Assembly: GCA_963739305.1 (NCBI GenBank)
Contig: CAVTZU010000023.1
Coordinates: 1-64,000, forward strand
Length of the DNA stretch: 64,000 bases
Origin: Candidatus Bathyarchaeota archaeon
Lineage (GTDB): Archaea > Thermoproteota > Bathyarchaeia > Bathyarchaeales > Bathycorpusculaceae
Direction: 5' to 3'
Under the pieces are notes generated by a model. It worked only from the letters and a program-made list of their open reading frames with translations. It made no database searches and was not told where the DNA came from. A program made the translations under genes and the position numbers. This document shows, in pieces, positions 30,734 through 41,081 of the stretch. Each line of letters opens with the position of its first letter. Positions within the stretch are counted from its first letter, which is position 1.

Positions 30734-31270
30734 ATGACTCAGCAAGTTCTGCGGCTACCATCAAAACTTAGGAGAAGTTTCTTGATTGTCGGAGTAGTTC
30801 TATTAGTTCTAGGTTTCTTCTTTTTCTATTGGGCTAGTCGTACTAGTTTGGATTACGTAACAACGTACAAAAATGATGTGAATCTCAATTCTCCTGTAGG
30901 TCATGGTGCTCTGTTTGATGCTGGACCAGACGAATATTATTATTATCTTGTTATACCTCATAGCATCAAATTGGAACCTGATGATTTCCTTAGGGTGAGT
31001 TATGCACCCAATTTGGCGAAAGGAAGCGTCTATATAAAACTGGAGGAAACACCAACCGTTTGTATGTCGGAAGATTGGCTAGGCTTCAAGAATTATTACC
31101 CCTATGACATTGGGGCTTGGGTTTACCTTGTCACTTCAAATGCACAAAATGTGACAATCTCGACAACAACTCAACTCACTCATTATGAAACACCTCAATG
31201 GGTTTATTTTGGTATTGGATTAGTCCTTTCGTCACTAGCTGTAGTTCTGATTTTCAAATCAAAAAAGTAA
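30734..31270 (+). CDS. Hypothetical protein with N- and C-terminal TM
   Basis: Hydrophobic ends; AT-rich DNA. Confidence 0.65.
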   Translation: MTQQVLRLPSKLRRSFLIVGVVLLVLGFFFFYWASRTSLDYVTTYKNDVNLNSPVGHGALFDAGPDEYYYYLVIPHSIKLEPDDFLRVSYAPNLAKGSVYIKLEETPTVCMSEDWLGFKNYYPYDIGAWVYLVTSNAQNVTISTTTQLTHYETPQWVYFGIGLVLSSLAVVLIFKSKK

Positions 31271-31337
31271 GCCTAAGCAATGCTGCATAGAAATCTTAAA
31301 TCTACAAGGCAATAGAAGACAGACTAGGGATTCAAAA

Positions 31338-32249
31338 ATGAATGAAACAAAACCAAACGGAACTAAACCAAGTGAAACGATACTGTTTGAGTCGAGACGA
31401 GGAAAGGTTGTTGGAAGAAATGTCGCTATCGCACTCGGAATATTGTGCATCATTCTAGCTGTTGGAATAGTTGGAGCATTCGCGTATTATATACCAATCG
31501 TGAACGACAAAGACAACGCTCTAACAACATTGAATTCACAAGTATCAGCAAAGGACTCTCAAATCTCTCAATTGAACTCTAATATCACGAGTCTTCAAAA
31601 CCAGAACAACGAACTTCAAGCATGGCTAGACGGGAACGAAACATTACTTAATCAAACAGAAACTTGGCTCGATGACAACATCACTTACTACAATTCTCAA
31701 ATCAGTTCTTTAAACTCTCAAATCGCAAACCTACAGAGTCAAAAGAACCAATTGCAGACGTGGTTAAGTGACAACATTACTGCCGCCATCAATTATGCTA
31801 ATGACCACAGCTATACTAACGAGTTCTGTCAAAGCCTAGCGGACCAAGCAACAAGTCTTCAGAACCAAATATCATCATTGAACGTCCAGATATCAAATCT
31901 TATTGACCAAGTGAATGACCTTACTAATACTCTTAATTTGGGTAAATCTACGATTTGGGTCAACAACCAATCCATAAGTGAGCCTGGAAATTCTTATGTT
32001 GACATGAATTTTATAGCTCATTATGCAGGATATCTTTCTGTCTTGGTTCAGAATTCATCATCTACGACCACCTATGTTCGAGTGATTTATTCTTACAACG
32101 GTGTCAATTATGACAATCAAATAACGGTTGGTTCAGGTGGCACAGCAGTTTTCCCAATTCTACCGTCTGGAAGCATTGAGGTCAGGGTCGGCAACACAAG
32201 TTTTGGTACTGGTCATACTCAAACCGTAACAATAACATTCTACTACTAG
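31338..32249 (+). CDS. Membrane-anchored coiled-coil protein with C-terminal beta domain
   Basis: TM helix, N/Q/S-rich heptads, repeated WLxxN. Confidence 0.75.
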   Translation: MNETKPNGTKPSETILFESRRGKVVGRNVAIALGILCIILAVGIVGAFAYYIPIVNDKDNALTTLNSQVSAKDSQISQLNSNITSLQNQNNELQAWLDGNETLLNQTETWLDDNITYYNSQISSLNSQIANLQSQKNQLQTWLSDNITAAINYANDHSYTNEFCQSLADQATSLQNQISSLNVQISNLIDQVNDLTNTLNLGKSTIWVNNQSISEPGNSYVDMNFIAHYAGYLSVLVQNSSSTTTYVRVIYSYNGVNYDNQITVGSGGTAVFPILPSGSIEVRVGNTSFGTGHTQTVTITFYY

Positions 32250-32385
32250 AACCCACTCTCTTTTTCCAGTTTAAATCACGCCGTACAAAAGGCTCTGTAC
32301 GTGGTCTAATTAACTAAAACTGAATTGTAGATTCATAATACTTTTCTATAAACATGGTTCTTTACGTGTCATTGGTGGTGAAACA

Positions 32386-32475
32386 GTGCCAAAAATTCGA
32401 CCATATCTACGCAGGAAACCTGGAAACCAAAAGAGAACCGTCCACGTTAAAGGCTATTACAGACACAAAGCTTAA
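32386..32475 (+). CDS. 29-aa basic micropeptide
   Basis: GGTGGTGA SD, GTG start, MPKIRPYLRRKPGNQKRTVHVKGYYRHKA*. Confidence 0.55.
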   Translation: MPKIRPYLRRKPGNQKRTVHVKGYYRHKA

Positions 32476-32708
32476 GGGACGTCCGTGAATGCTTCAGGCC
32501 AACATAGGCTGATGCAAGCCCTACGCCAACCAGACGGTTACTCGCCTACAACCATTTCCATCATCTGATATGCCATTTTTTCCTATTGTGCTCAACGTCA
32601 GGTGACACCCTGAAACTTGTATTTCCCCGATTGCTTGTTTTTGCTGTACTATGGTTCTAAACATAAAGTTGGAGATGCCAAGAAAGGTTTAAGGTCATCA
32701 ACGACTTC

Positions 32709-33650
32709 TTGATCGGATTCATAGTGAGCAATTTGGATCCAAGCATCATGGGAGAGTCCGCTGCGATACTGACGTCGGTTTGCTGGACTTTCGGCTCGAT
32801 CGTGTTCACGTCCGCTGGCAAAAGAATCGGCTCATTCAGCGTCAATGCCTACAGGATAGTTATGGCCATCGGGCTTCTGGTTTGTGCACACGTTATTCTG
32901 CTAGGCGCCGTGTTGCCCGCTGCAAATGGTGCACAGTGGTTTTGGATGGGGCTGAGCGGCATCGTCGGACTCGGTATCGGCGATTTTGCGTTGTTTGCGG
33001 CGTACGTCACGATTGGTCCGAGGCGTTCGGTTCTTGTGATGGCTGCAGCACCGATTTTTGCTTCCCTCGGGGCCTACGTGTTTCTGGGAGAAACGTTCTC
33101 ATCACTTTCGATAATCGGAATAACGGTCACGCTGACGGGCATTATTTTGGTTTTGCTTGGAAGAGAAGAAAAGTCAGAAGACATGTTTGCAGCAGAGAAA
33201 CGAAAGACGCGGGGCTTGCTGTTTGCCGTGATTGCGGCCCTCGGTCAGGGTTTCGGCGTTGTTCTTTCCAAGAAGGGAATGTATGTTGACGTGAGCGTGG
33301 CTATGAATCCTGTGTCGGCGGCGCTGATACGTGTGATGTTGGGAGCTTTGTTCGTGTGGGTTACGGCCATATTTGTTAGAAGACTGCCAGACCTGCACAA
33401 CGCGGTGAAGAACAAAGAAGGAATGAAATACACTGCTGCGGGTGCGTTCATCGGACCGTTCGTCGGCATGACGCTTTCCATGGTCGCCGTAGCTTACACT
33501 CAAGCAGGCATCGCACAAACGTTGATGTCCCTTATGCCCGTGATTATCATCCCCGTAGTGTGGGTGGTCTACAAGGAAAGGACCAGCTGGCGCGAAATGT
33601 TGGGAGCCGTGATAGCGGTCGTCGGAGTCGCACTTTTGTTCCTAACTTGA
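32709..33650 (+). CDS. DMT/EamA family transporter
   Basis: Two EamA repeats, GIGDFALF, FLGE. Confidence 0.9.
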   Translation: MIGFIVSNLDPSIMGESAAILTSVCWTFGSIVFTSAGKRIGSFSVNAYRIVMAIGLLVCAHVILLGAVLPAANGAQWFWMGLSGIVGLGIGDFALFAAYVTIGPRRSVLVMAAAPIFASLGAYVFLGETFSSLSIIGITVTLTGIILVLLGREEKSEDMFAAEKRKTRGLLFAVIAALGQGFGVVLSKKGMYVDVSVAMNPVSAALIRVMLGALFVWVTAIFVRRLPDLHNAVKNKEGMKYTAAGAFIGPFVGMTLSMVAVAYTQAGIAQTLMSLMPVIIIPVVWVVYKERTSWREMLGAVIAVVGVALLFLT

Positions 33651-33660
33651 AAAGAGCAAT

Positions 33661-33674
33661 CTAGCGCGCGCTAG
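33661..33674. repeat. (CG)n-CTAG perfect palindrome, member of a dispersed junction-motif family
   Basis: CTAGCGCGCGCTAG; relatives at 5036, 12831, 13659, 14790, 16601, 17502, 19835, 58331. Confidence 0.7.
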
Positions 33675-33719
33675 TTTTACTCCAATCACAGTTTCTTCGT
33701 TTCTGTTGAAAGGCGCGCA

Positions 33720-34502
33720 CTAGAGACTGAGATCCACTTCAAAGAGATCTTGGAAGTTTTTTGCAACGTTTTCAGCAACCTCATCAGGGGTCAGTTTCTG
33801 CACTTCAGAGATCGCCTTAACGATCGTTGGGATAAATGCAGATGTTGTTCTCTTGCCTTTGAATGGGGGTTTGAAAAACTGCACTGGACCGTCGGTTTCC
33901 GTCAACAGGTGGGTGATTGGGACGTTCTTGACAACGTCGCGTATTTCGTCTGAATAGACGGTCGGGGCACCCTCAGAAATGTAGTAGCCTCTTTCAACGG
34001 CCATCGGAAGCGAGCTTATTGGCTTGCTGAACCAGTGGAGCAGAACTTTCTTCAGATTGTAGGAGGGAAGCATGTCGATGATTTGGGCCGTCGTGCCTCT
34101 CGAGTGAATTATGGCCGGCAGGTCAAGCTGTTCAGCAGCGTGAAGCATTAGGTCGAAGACTTTCAACTGCTTTTCCCAAATGTCCATGTACTTTGAATCG
34201 AGCCCTATTTCACCGATCGCCACAAGAGACTTGTTCTGCGATTGTTTCTTCAACAGCTCAAGAGCCTGCTGCAATTCGTCTTCGGAGAGTCTCTTTACCA
34301 CCCAGGGGTGGATTCCCAAGGCAGCATAGACGGCTCCTGGAAACCGTTCTGCGAGTTCAAGGCTCTTGATGCATGTTTTCAGGTCCATGGAGTTAGAAAC
34401 CATGGCAACGACGTCTGCATCCTTGGCTTCCTGCACGACTTCATTAATACAAGGTAAGTACTCTTCGTCAGACAGATGTATGTGTGCATCGACCAGCTTC
34501 AT
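33720..34502 (-). CDS. tatD: TatD family nuclease/hydrolase
   Basis: DAHIH, GIHPW, GEIGLD, IIHSR, TETDGP. Confidence 0.95.
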   Translation of the reverse strand: MKLVDAHIHLSDEEYLPCINEVVQEAKDADVVAMVSNSMDLKTCIKSLELAERFPGAVYAALGIHPWVVKRLSEDELQQALELLKKQSQNKSLVAIGEIGLDSKYMDIWEKQLKVFDLMLHAAEQLDLPAIIHSRGTTAQIIDMLPSYNLKKVLLHWFSKPISSLPMAVERGYYISEGAPTVYSDEIRDVVKNVPITHLLTETDGPVQFFKPPFKGKRTTSAFIPTIVKAISEVQKLTPDEVAENVAKNFQDLFEVDLSL

Positions 34503-34676
34503 TGGACATCACCGTTGCTTGTCACTCAATTATTTGGCTTTTATGACTTCCGTACCCAAAAAAAGACCATTTTCAACCACGACGAGAGAGAAGAAGGCGA
34601 TTCTTCGTAAGGGTATCGTGAACAACAAACGTTAAATACGGCTTTAAAGAGAAAAAGAGGCTACGGAGGACTATTT

Positions 34677-34898
34677 ATGGTCGATTTAGAGTTGGCCGTA
34701 GCTCCAATGCACCGATTGTGCAAAAAGGCTGGAGCTGACAGAGTAAGCGAGGCGGCGGCGAAGGAGTTGGCCAAAGCGCTCGAAGAAATTGGCGTGAAAA
34801 TCGCGAAAGAAGCCTTGGATTTTGCAATGCATGCTGGAAGGAAGACGATAAAGTCAGAGGACATAGAGATCGCAGCCAAAAAAGTCATGGGCAAATAA
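34677..34898 (+). CDS. Archaeal histone
   Basis: [18 protein letters not shown]...[12 protein letters not shown]. Confidence 0.97.
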   Translation: MVDLELAVAPMHRLCKKAGADRVSEAAAKELAKALEEIGVKIAKEALDFAMHAGRKTIKSEDIEIAAKKVMGK

Positions 34899-35059
34899 CT
34901 TCGGCTCAATTTCTCCTTTCTTTTTTCAATATTTCCCAGCGAAGGCAGGTCGCTCTCTGATTTCTAAAATCTCAATTAATAATCATGGTGTGAATGGAAT
35001 TCTAGGTGGAAAACCCTTAAGAACCACTATTCAAACTTCAATTCTGGAAGCTGATTAGC

Positions 35060-35380
35060 ATGGGTGGCAAGAAGAAGCTCAGCCTGAAACAGATTGAACG
35101 AACACAAGGCAAGAAGGATGCAGAAGACAAGGACAAGAAGAAGAAAGAAAAGGCAGGACCAAAAGAGAGGAAAGCCTCGTCGATTGTTCCGCCGGATTTC
35201 AAGAGCGACAAGACTATCGGCGAACTGAAGAAGATGCACGTTTTGACGCCGTACGCGGTGGCGACACGGTTCAATATTCGAATTAGCGCGGCCAAAGACA
35301 TGCTGGACCAGCTGCAGCAGAACGGCACGATAAAGTATGTTTCAGGAAACCACAACATCAAGATATACAGTGTAGACTAG
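35060..35380 (+). CDS. rps25e: 30S ribosomal protein S25e
   Basis: MGGKKK, LTPYAVA..IRISAAK. Confidence 0.9.
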   Translation: MGGKKKLSLKQIERTQGKKDAEDKDKKKKEKAGPKERKASSIVPPDFKSDKTIGELKKMHVLTPYAVATRFNIRISAAKDMLDQLQQNGTIKYVSGNHNIKIYSVD

Positions 35381-35420
35381 ACAATCTTCCGCGCATAATT
35401 CATTTTCTGGTTGTCAACGA

Positions 35421-35918
35421 TTGAAAAGTCAAGACCAACCCAAATTCCCCAAGAGAGTTTACACAGAAGACGAAGTGAAAACGGCCAAAACATTGATCGA
35501 CAACGGATACAAACATCATGTAACAGTCAGAGGAAGCACCTTTTTCAAACAAAAAGTCGAGAAGGCGATTGCACTCGTCAAGACAGCTGGGTACTACGAT
35601 TTTTTCAGAACCTATATCGCGAGAGTTCAAGAGATCGACGGTGTGACGCAGCTTCGCCAGTCAGAAGCCAGCATTTGGGCAAATGATTATACCGTCGAGA
35701 ACCCGGTTGATGCAGGTAGCGTTTTCGTACAGAAGGCCAGTCACATGAAGGAGTATCTTGAAGGAGCCCTGTACTATGGTGGCCAAGCTGAAAAACGCTC
35801 GGACGAAAAAAGGATAGAGTTTCTCGAAGCCCTCAAAAAGAAGAGTTCGAAGAAAGAAGTCGTAGCCGAGTGCGAGCGGCTCATCAAGATGTGGAAGGAC
35901 AGCGCCCTGGTTTACTGA
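35421..35918 (+). CDS. Hypothetical protein
   Basis: 165-aa ORF with host-like codon usage. Confidence 0.7.
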   Translation: MKSQDQPKFPKRVYTEDEVKTAKTLIDNGYKHHVTVRGSTFFKQKVEKAIALVKTAGYYDFFRTYIARVQEIDGVTQLRQSEASIWANDYTVENPVDAGSVFVQKASHMKEYLEGALYYGGQAEKRSDEKRIEFLEALKKKSSKKEVVAECERLIKMWKDSALVY

Positions 35919-36349
35919 ACGCCTTCAACCTTGATTTTTGTGCCACTCTTGATCTGCTTGAAAACGTCAACGTTGCCAGTTATCTTTCCGATAATGTTGA
36001 CTGGACTATAGGGCTGAGATTTTCCGTAGAAGATGCATATCGCGCTTCCCATAGGCCAGAATGCAATGGTCCCGGTCTCAACGACGGGTTTGGCTTTTTC
36101 CTCTCCCATCTTGATCGGTGTTTCAAAATAGACTTCTTCCTTCCACTGTGCGATTCTACCTTCTATGGGCAGTTTACGCACGATCATGTCAATGGTCCTG
36201 GGGGCTAGGAAACGCACGAGTTCTCCTTCAACTTCGCCGTTGTTCTCGATGGTGAATTTCACTTTGATGCGGGAGACTTCTACTTTTTCAGGCTCTACCT
36301 TTTCGGGCTCTACCTTTTCGGCGTTCGGAGCTTTTTCGTCGTCGCTCAT
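35912..36349 (-). CDS. Cyclophilin-like fold protein (DUF369)
   Basis: WKEEVYF, GTIAFWP, ICIFYG, SPVNIIG. Confidence 0.85.
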   Translation of the reverse strand: MSDDEKAPNAEKVEPEKVEPEKVEVSRIKVKFTIENNGEVEGELVRFLAPRTIDMIVRKLPIEGRIAQWKEEVYFETPIKMGEEKAKPVVETGTIAFWPMGSAICIFYGKSQPYSPVNIIGKITGNVDVFKQIKSGTKIKVEGVQ

Positions 36350-37680
36350 TGATTATTCACGCTTCTCTTGACGAAATCATCTAGAATTTGTTCGAGCGAA
36401 ATTGGACCGAGAACCTTCAGCTCATACTTGACTCTTACGGTGGGCTGGTTGATCGTTACGACTCTTCTCAGGTCGATAGGGGTTCCGATGACCACTACGT
36501 CGCACGGTGTGTTATCGATCGTTTCTTTGAGCTCTTCAACCTGTTTTCCACTGTAACCCAACGCGGGAAGAATCGCGCCTAAGTGTTGATACTTCTTGAA
36601 CGCTTCCTTGATCGACCCAACAGCGTACGGTCGCGGGTCAACAATCTCTCCTGCCCCGTACTTCTTTGCAAATATCATCCCAGCGCCGTAGGGCATCATC
36701 CCATGAGTTATCGTTGGACCATCCTCAATTACCAACACGCGTTTTCCTTTGATCATGTCTGGTTTGTCAGCCGTTATCGGTGAAGCGGCCTCCAGAACTT
36801 TCGCAGAGGGATTGACTAGTTTTATGTTTTCTTTGACCTGCTTCACCTTTTGAGGGTCAGCCGTGTCAACCTTATTGATTATTATGACGTCGGCCATTCG
36901 CAGGTTTGTCTCGCCTGGATGATAAGTCAACTCGTGTCCAGCCCTATGAGGGTCGGCTACGACGATGTTCAGGTCTGGCTTGTAGAAGGGCAGATCATTG
37001 TTGCCGCCGTCCCAAACTATGACGTCCGCTTCTTTCTCTGCTTCTTCCAGAATTCTTCCATAGTCGACGCCTGCGTACACTATTATGCCGTTGTCGATGT
37101 GGGGTTCGTATTCCTCTCTTTCCTCGATTGTGCACTCGTATTTGTCCAAATCCTCGTAGGAGGCGAAGCGCTCCCAAATCTGCTTGCGCAAATCTCCGTA
37201 AGGCATCGGATGTCGAATTGCAGCAACGCACAAGCCTCTGTTCTTCAGGATCTTGGCAACCTGTCTGGAAGTCTGGCTTTTTCCTGATCCTGTTCTGACA
37301 GCGCAGATTGAGACAACTGGGACATCTGCTTTAAGCATCGTGGTCTTGGGACCCATCAAACGAAAATCGGGGCCTTCGGCAAGTGCGGCCGATGCTTTAT
37401 GCATTACGTACTCATGAGAGACATCACTGTAAGCGAATACAACCTCGTCGATATCGTATTCTTTTATGAGCTTTGGCAGTTGGTCTTCGGGGTATATCGG
37501 TATTCCTTTCGGATACTTGGGACCTGCCAGCTCTGGTGGGTAGCTTCTTCCCTCTATTCCTGGAATCTGCGTGGCTGTGAAGGCCACAACCTCGTAGGCA
37601 TCGTTGTTTCTGTAGTAGACGTTGAAGTTGTGGAAGTCCCTGCCAGCCGCGCCCATTATAATGACTTTAGTCTTGCTCAT
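36346..37680 (-). CDS. arcE: Arginine synthetase ArcE-like protein (cDPGS-related P-loop family)
   Basis: GAAGRDFHNFN, AVRTGSGKSQTSR, IRHPMPYG, CTIEEREEYEP, WDGGNND, EDGPT. Confidence 0.75.
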   Translation of the reverse strand: MSKTKVIIMGAAGRDFHNFNVYYRNNDAYEVVAFTATQIPGIEGRSYPPELAGPKYPKGIPIYPEDQLPKLIKEYDIDEVVFAYSDVSHEYVMHKASAALAEGPDFRLMGPKTTMLKADVPVVSICAVRTGSGKSQTSRQVAKILKNRGLCVAAIRHPMPYGDLRKQIWERFASYEDLDKYECTIEEREEYEPHIDNGIIVYAGVDYGRILEEAEKEADVIVWDGGNNDLPFYKPDLNIVVADPHRAGHELTYHPGETNLRMADVIIINKVDTADPQKVKQVKENIKLVNPSAKVLEAASPITADKPDMIKGKRVLVIEDGPTITHGMMPYGAGMIFAKKYGAGEIVDPRPYAVGSIKEAFKKYQHLGAILPALGYSGKQVEELKETIDNTPCDVVVIGTPIDLRRVVTINQPTVRVKYELKVLGPISLEQILDDFVKRSVNNQ

Positions 37681-37765
37681 GAATGATACCTCTTAAAACC
37701 CTCAGCTGAACTGGGGGGATTTGATTACTAGAGGATGATTCTATTTAAACCTAGCGTGCAAGCGT

Positions 37766-38869
37766 TCAGCGCAATAGCTTCAGTACCGTTTCTCCTATGA
37801 AGTCGATCTGTTTCGGGGTGACGCCTGGATGAACGGGCAGGGAGAAGACCTGTTTTGAACAGGTCTCTGTGACCGGCAGTTTGTGCGTGACAAACTTGCG
37901 GTAGTAGGGCATCATATGGATTGGGTTCACGTAACAGATGAAGGCGCCTATTCCCTCTTGCTTGAGCTTCTCAACGAATGCGTCCCTTTTCTCTTTCTTG
38001 GCGTTCTTCAATCTAACCGTGTAGAGGTAGTAGCTGGGTTTGAAGCCTTCAGGTTCGGTTGGCAACTGGAGTTTCTTAGATTTCTCAAGTATCCCGCTCA
38101 GAGATTTTGCGTTCGCGCGCCTTTTGGCAACGAACTTGGGCAGTTTCCTTAGTTGTACAGAGCCGATTGCAGCTTCAATTTCGGGCATGTGGTAATTGTG
38201 TCCCAGCATCAGGGACATGTACTTCTCCTTCTCACCGTGACTTCGAATTATCCTTGTGGTTTCTTCGATTTCACTACTGTTGGTCGTGAGCATTCCGCCT
38301 TCACCGGTCGTCATGTTCTTGCTTCCATAGAAACTCCAACATGCAGCGTCAGCGAAAGTTCCCGGGGGCTTCCCCATATAAGTGGCTCCGTGAGCTTGAG
38401 CTGCGTCCTCAACTATCTTCAACCCGTGCTTGTCGGCGATTTCACGTATTGGCTTCATGTCTGCGGGTATCCCATACAGGTCCACGGGCACTATAGCCCG
38501 GGTCTTCTTCGTGATGACTTTCTCAATTTTCTCAGGTGTGATAGTGTAGGTGTCAGGGTTAATGTCAACGAAGACGGGCCTAGCTCGGTTGAAAACAACT
38601 ACCTCGGCTGTCGCAACAAACGTGAAGCTCGGCAATATGACCTCGTTGCCCTGTTTCACACCCACCGCTGCCAAAGCAGAATGTAGTGCTGCTGTTCCCG
38701 TGTTCATGGCAATGGCGTGCTTCGCCCTCGCGTACTTCGCAAAAGCGTTCTCGAACGCTTTCACCATCGGGCCAGCGCCGACGCCGTGAGTCAGAATACC
38801 GCTCTTCAGAACTCTTGCGACGGCGTCGATCTCTTCTTTGTCAATCTGCGGACGATTTATCTGAATCAT
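37766..38869 (-). CDS. DegT/DnrJ/EryC1/StrS aminotransferase
   Basis: GTAALH, EDAAQAHG, SFYGSKNMTTGEGG. Confidence 0.95.
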   Translation of the reverse strand: MIQINRPQIDKEEIDAVARVLKSGILTHGVGAGPMVKAFENAFAKYARAKHAIAMNTGTAALHSALAAVGVKQGNEVILPSFTFVATAEVVVFNRARPVFVDINPDTYTITPEKIEKVITKKTRAIVPVDLYGIPADMKPIREIADKHGLKIVEDAAQAHGATYMGKPPGTFADAACWSFYGSKNMTTGEGGMLTTNSSEIEETTRIIRSHGEKEKYMSLMLGHNYHMPEIEAAIGSVQLRKLPKFVAKRRANAKSLSGILEKSKKLQLPTEPEGFKPSYYLYTVRLKNAKKEKRDAFVEKLKQEGIGAFICYVNPIHMMPYYRKFVTHKLPVTETCSKQVFSLPVHPGVTPKQIDFIGETVLKLLR

Positions 38870-38926
38870 CTAGACCGTCTCGTGGCTACTGTAGTTTTTC
38901 TATGTTAATAACCTATGCGCATTCTG

Positions 38927-39598
38927 CTAATCGCTGAGCTGTTTCCAGAAGGAGCGTGGAATTGAATGGTGGTTTTCAGTGAATCTAACTCTTTTCAGGA
39001 AATCTTCCTTCTCTTTTTCGACCTCGATCTTTCGTTTGTTCAGAAACTCCAGTTCCTCGGAAATCTCTTCAAGCCAGTCTCTGATCGCAATGCTGCATTC
39101 TTCCGGGGTCATTTTGGCAAGGTAAGGTGAGACGTCGGATGGCGCACCTTTCTTGATCAGGTTCAAAGGATAGTTAATGAGCTGAAGTTTCTGGAATGGA
39201 AAGAAATGTCTCGTAGAACGGGGGTGCATCAGTTTTCCGCTGAGTCCTGTCGAGATCACGTGTTCAACGGAAATTTCTCCGCTGAAATCGCTCTCGTAAC
39301 GGTGAATTCTTCTTCGCCCGACGCGAATTGCTGGTCTCATGAAGGCATCAACAAGCATCACTGGCAAGTACTCGTAACCGAGGCTTTTTAGAACTAGCCA
39401 GCGGTGCATCCCGTCCAAGATGACACGTGTTTTTTCGTCCGCAACCACCGGATACTTTAACACACCATCCCTCTGGATTTCTCGTCTGAGAAGCTCTAGA
39501 TACATTGGCGAACCTTTTTCATGGGGTCTAAGTTCATCGATAGGCAGCAGGGCGATCTTAACGTCGGCGTTCTCAGTTTTTAGGACAGTCGTGGTCAC
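38927..39598 (-). CDS. ParB/sulfiredoxin-fold protein, SbnI/SerK-like free-serine kinase candidate
   Basis: LRPHE, YPVV, ILDGMHR, PRSTRH; 8 bp downstream of trpB2. Confidence 0.7.
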   Translation of the reverse strand: MTTTVLKTENADVKIALLPIDELRPHEKGSPMYLELLRREIQRDGVLKYPVVADEKTRVILDGMHRWLVLKSLGYEYLPVMLVDAFMRPAIRVGRRRIHRYESDFSGEISVEHVISTGLSGKLMHPRSTRHFFPFQKLQLINYPLNLIKKGAPSDVSPYLAKMTPEECSIAIRDWLEEISEELEFLNKRKIEVEKEKEDFLKRVRFTENHHSIPRSFWKQLSD

Positions 39599-39606
39599 AG
39601 GTTATT

Positions 39607-40970
39607 TCACCTTTTCATGGTGAAGGTCGGCACTTCAATTTTCACTGGCGCGTACTCGATGAGGGTTCCGGCCAGATACTGCTCGTAGGCTGACAGGTCA
39701 AGCAGTCCGTGTCCGCTGTAGTTCATAGCTATCACTTTTTTCTGCCCGGTTTTCTTGCATCTCAATGCTTCGTCTATGACGAATTTTAGGCTGTGTGCCG
39801 TTTCTGGCGCTGTGATCATGCCCTCTGTCTGTGCGAGTGTCTTTGCGGCGTCAAAGACTTCCGATTTGATTGTAGGCAACAGAGTGTTGCGTACCCTTTG
39901 TGGATGAGATAAGAAATCAGTGGTGACATGCCGTGATACCTCAATCCGCCTGCGTGGACCGGTGGGCAAGCGTAGTCGTGCCCTATTGTCAGCATCTTGA
40001 TCAGCGGGGTCATCTTGCCCGTGTCTCCGAAATCGTAGGTGTAGACGCCTCTGGTTGTGTGTGGAACTGCTTTGGATTCGCAAGCAACAAACTCGGTTTC
40101 ACTTTTGCCTTTGAGTTTGTCAGTCATGAATGGGAAGCAGAAGCCGCCGTAGTTCGAGCCGCCGCCTATACATCCGCAGACCACGTCTGGCTGGACGTCG
40201 ATGAGTTCAAATTGCTTCTTGGCTTCCAGCCCAATTATTGTTTGATGCATCAAAACGTGATTCAGTACGGATCCCAGAGAGTATCTAGTGTCGTCATGAG
40301 CCAGTGTATCTTCGACGGCTTCAGTGATGGCTATGCCAAGAGTGCCCGGGTTGTTCGGGTTTTCTTTCAGGAGTTTTCTGCCAAAGTTTGTTTGGTCGCT
40401 TGGCGAGGGAAACATTTCGGCGCCGTATACTTGGGCGATTATTCTTCTGCCCGGTTTCTGTTGGAAGCTTGTCCGGACCATGTAGATTCTGCATTTCAAG
40501 TCGAAAAGTTTGGTTGACATTGCCAGGGCTGTTCCCCATTGTCCGGCTCCTGTCTCAGTTGCAAGCCTTTCGATGCCTTGTTTCTTGTTGTAATAAGCCT
40601 GGGCGAGGGCCGTGTTGGGTTTGTGGCTGCCGGTCGGGCTGAAGTTTTCGCATTTGAAGTATATGTGTGCGGGTGTCTTGAGGAATTCTTCAAGTCGGTA
40701 CGCACGGTACAGCGGTGTCGGTCGTGGAAGACCGAAATAAGCATCGAGGACCTCATCGGGTATTTTGACGAACCGTTCGGTGCTGACTTCTTGTCCCACG
40801 AGTTCTTTTGCGAATATTCTTTCGAGCATCGCGGGGTTTATCGGGTTCATCGTCGTGGGGTCTAGGGGAGGCGGGAGGGGTTCGGGAAGGTCGGCTTGAA
40901 TGTTGTACCACGATGTTGGCTCTTCGTCTTGTTTCAGGGTCGTTATGTATTCTCGTTTAGCTCGTACCAT
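39607..40970 (-). CDS. trpB: Tryptophan synthase beta type 2 (frameshift near 39880)
   Basis: [60 protein letters not shown]. Confidence 0.92.
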
Positions 40971-40980
40971 TTGTTCCACC

Positions 40981-41066
40981 AATGAACATTTATGTACATA
41001 TATGTACGTTAGACACAATCTAATCGCACGAACATATTTATACTTTATTGCACAGAAATGTACATT
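40981..41066. promoter_or_regulatory. Operator array (WATGTACATW) in the divergent trpB2/regulator promoter
   Basis: AATGAACATT-TATGTACATA-TATGTACGTT at 40981-41010; perfect AATGTACATT at 41057-41066; TATA-like ATATTTATA between them. Confidence 0.7.
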
Positions 41067-41081
41067 AAGGAAGACGAAAGA

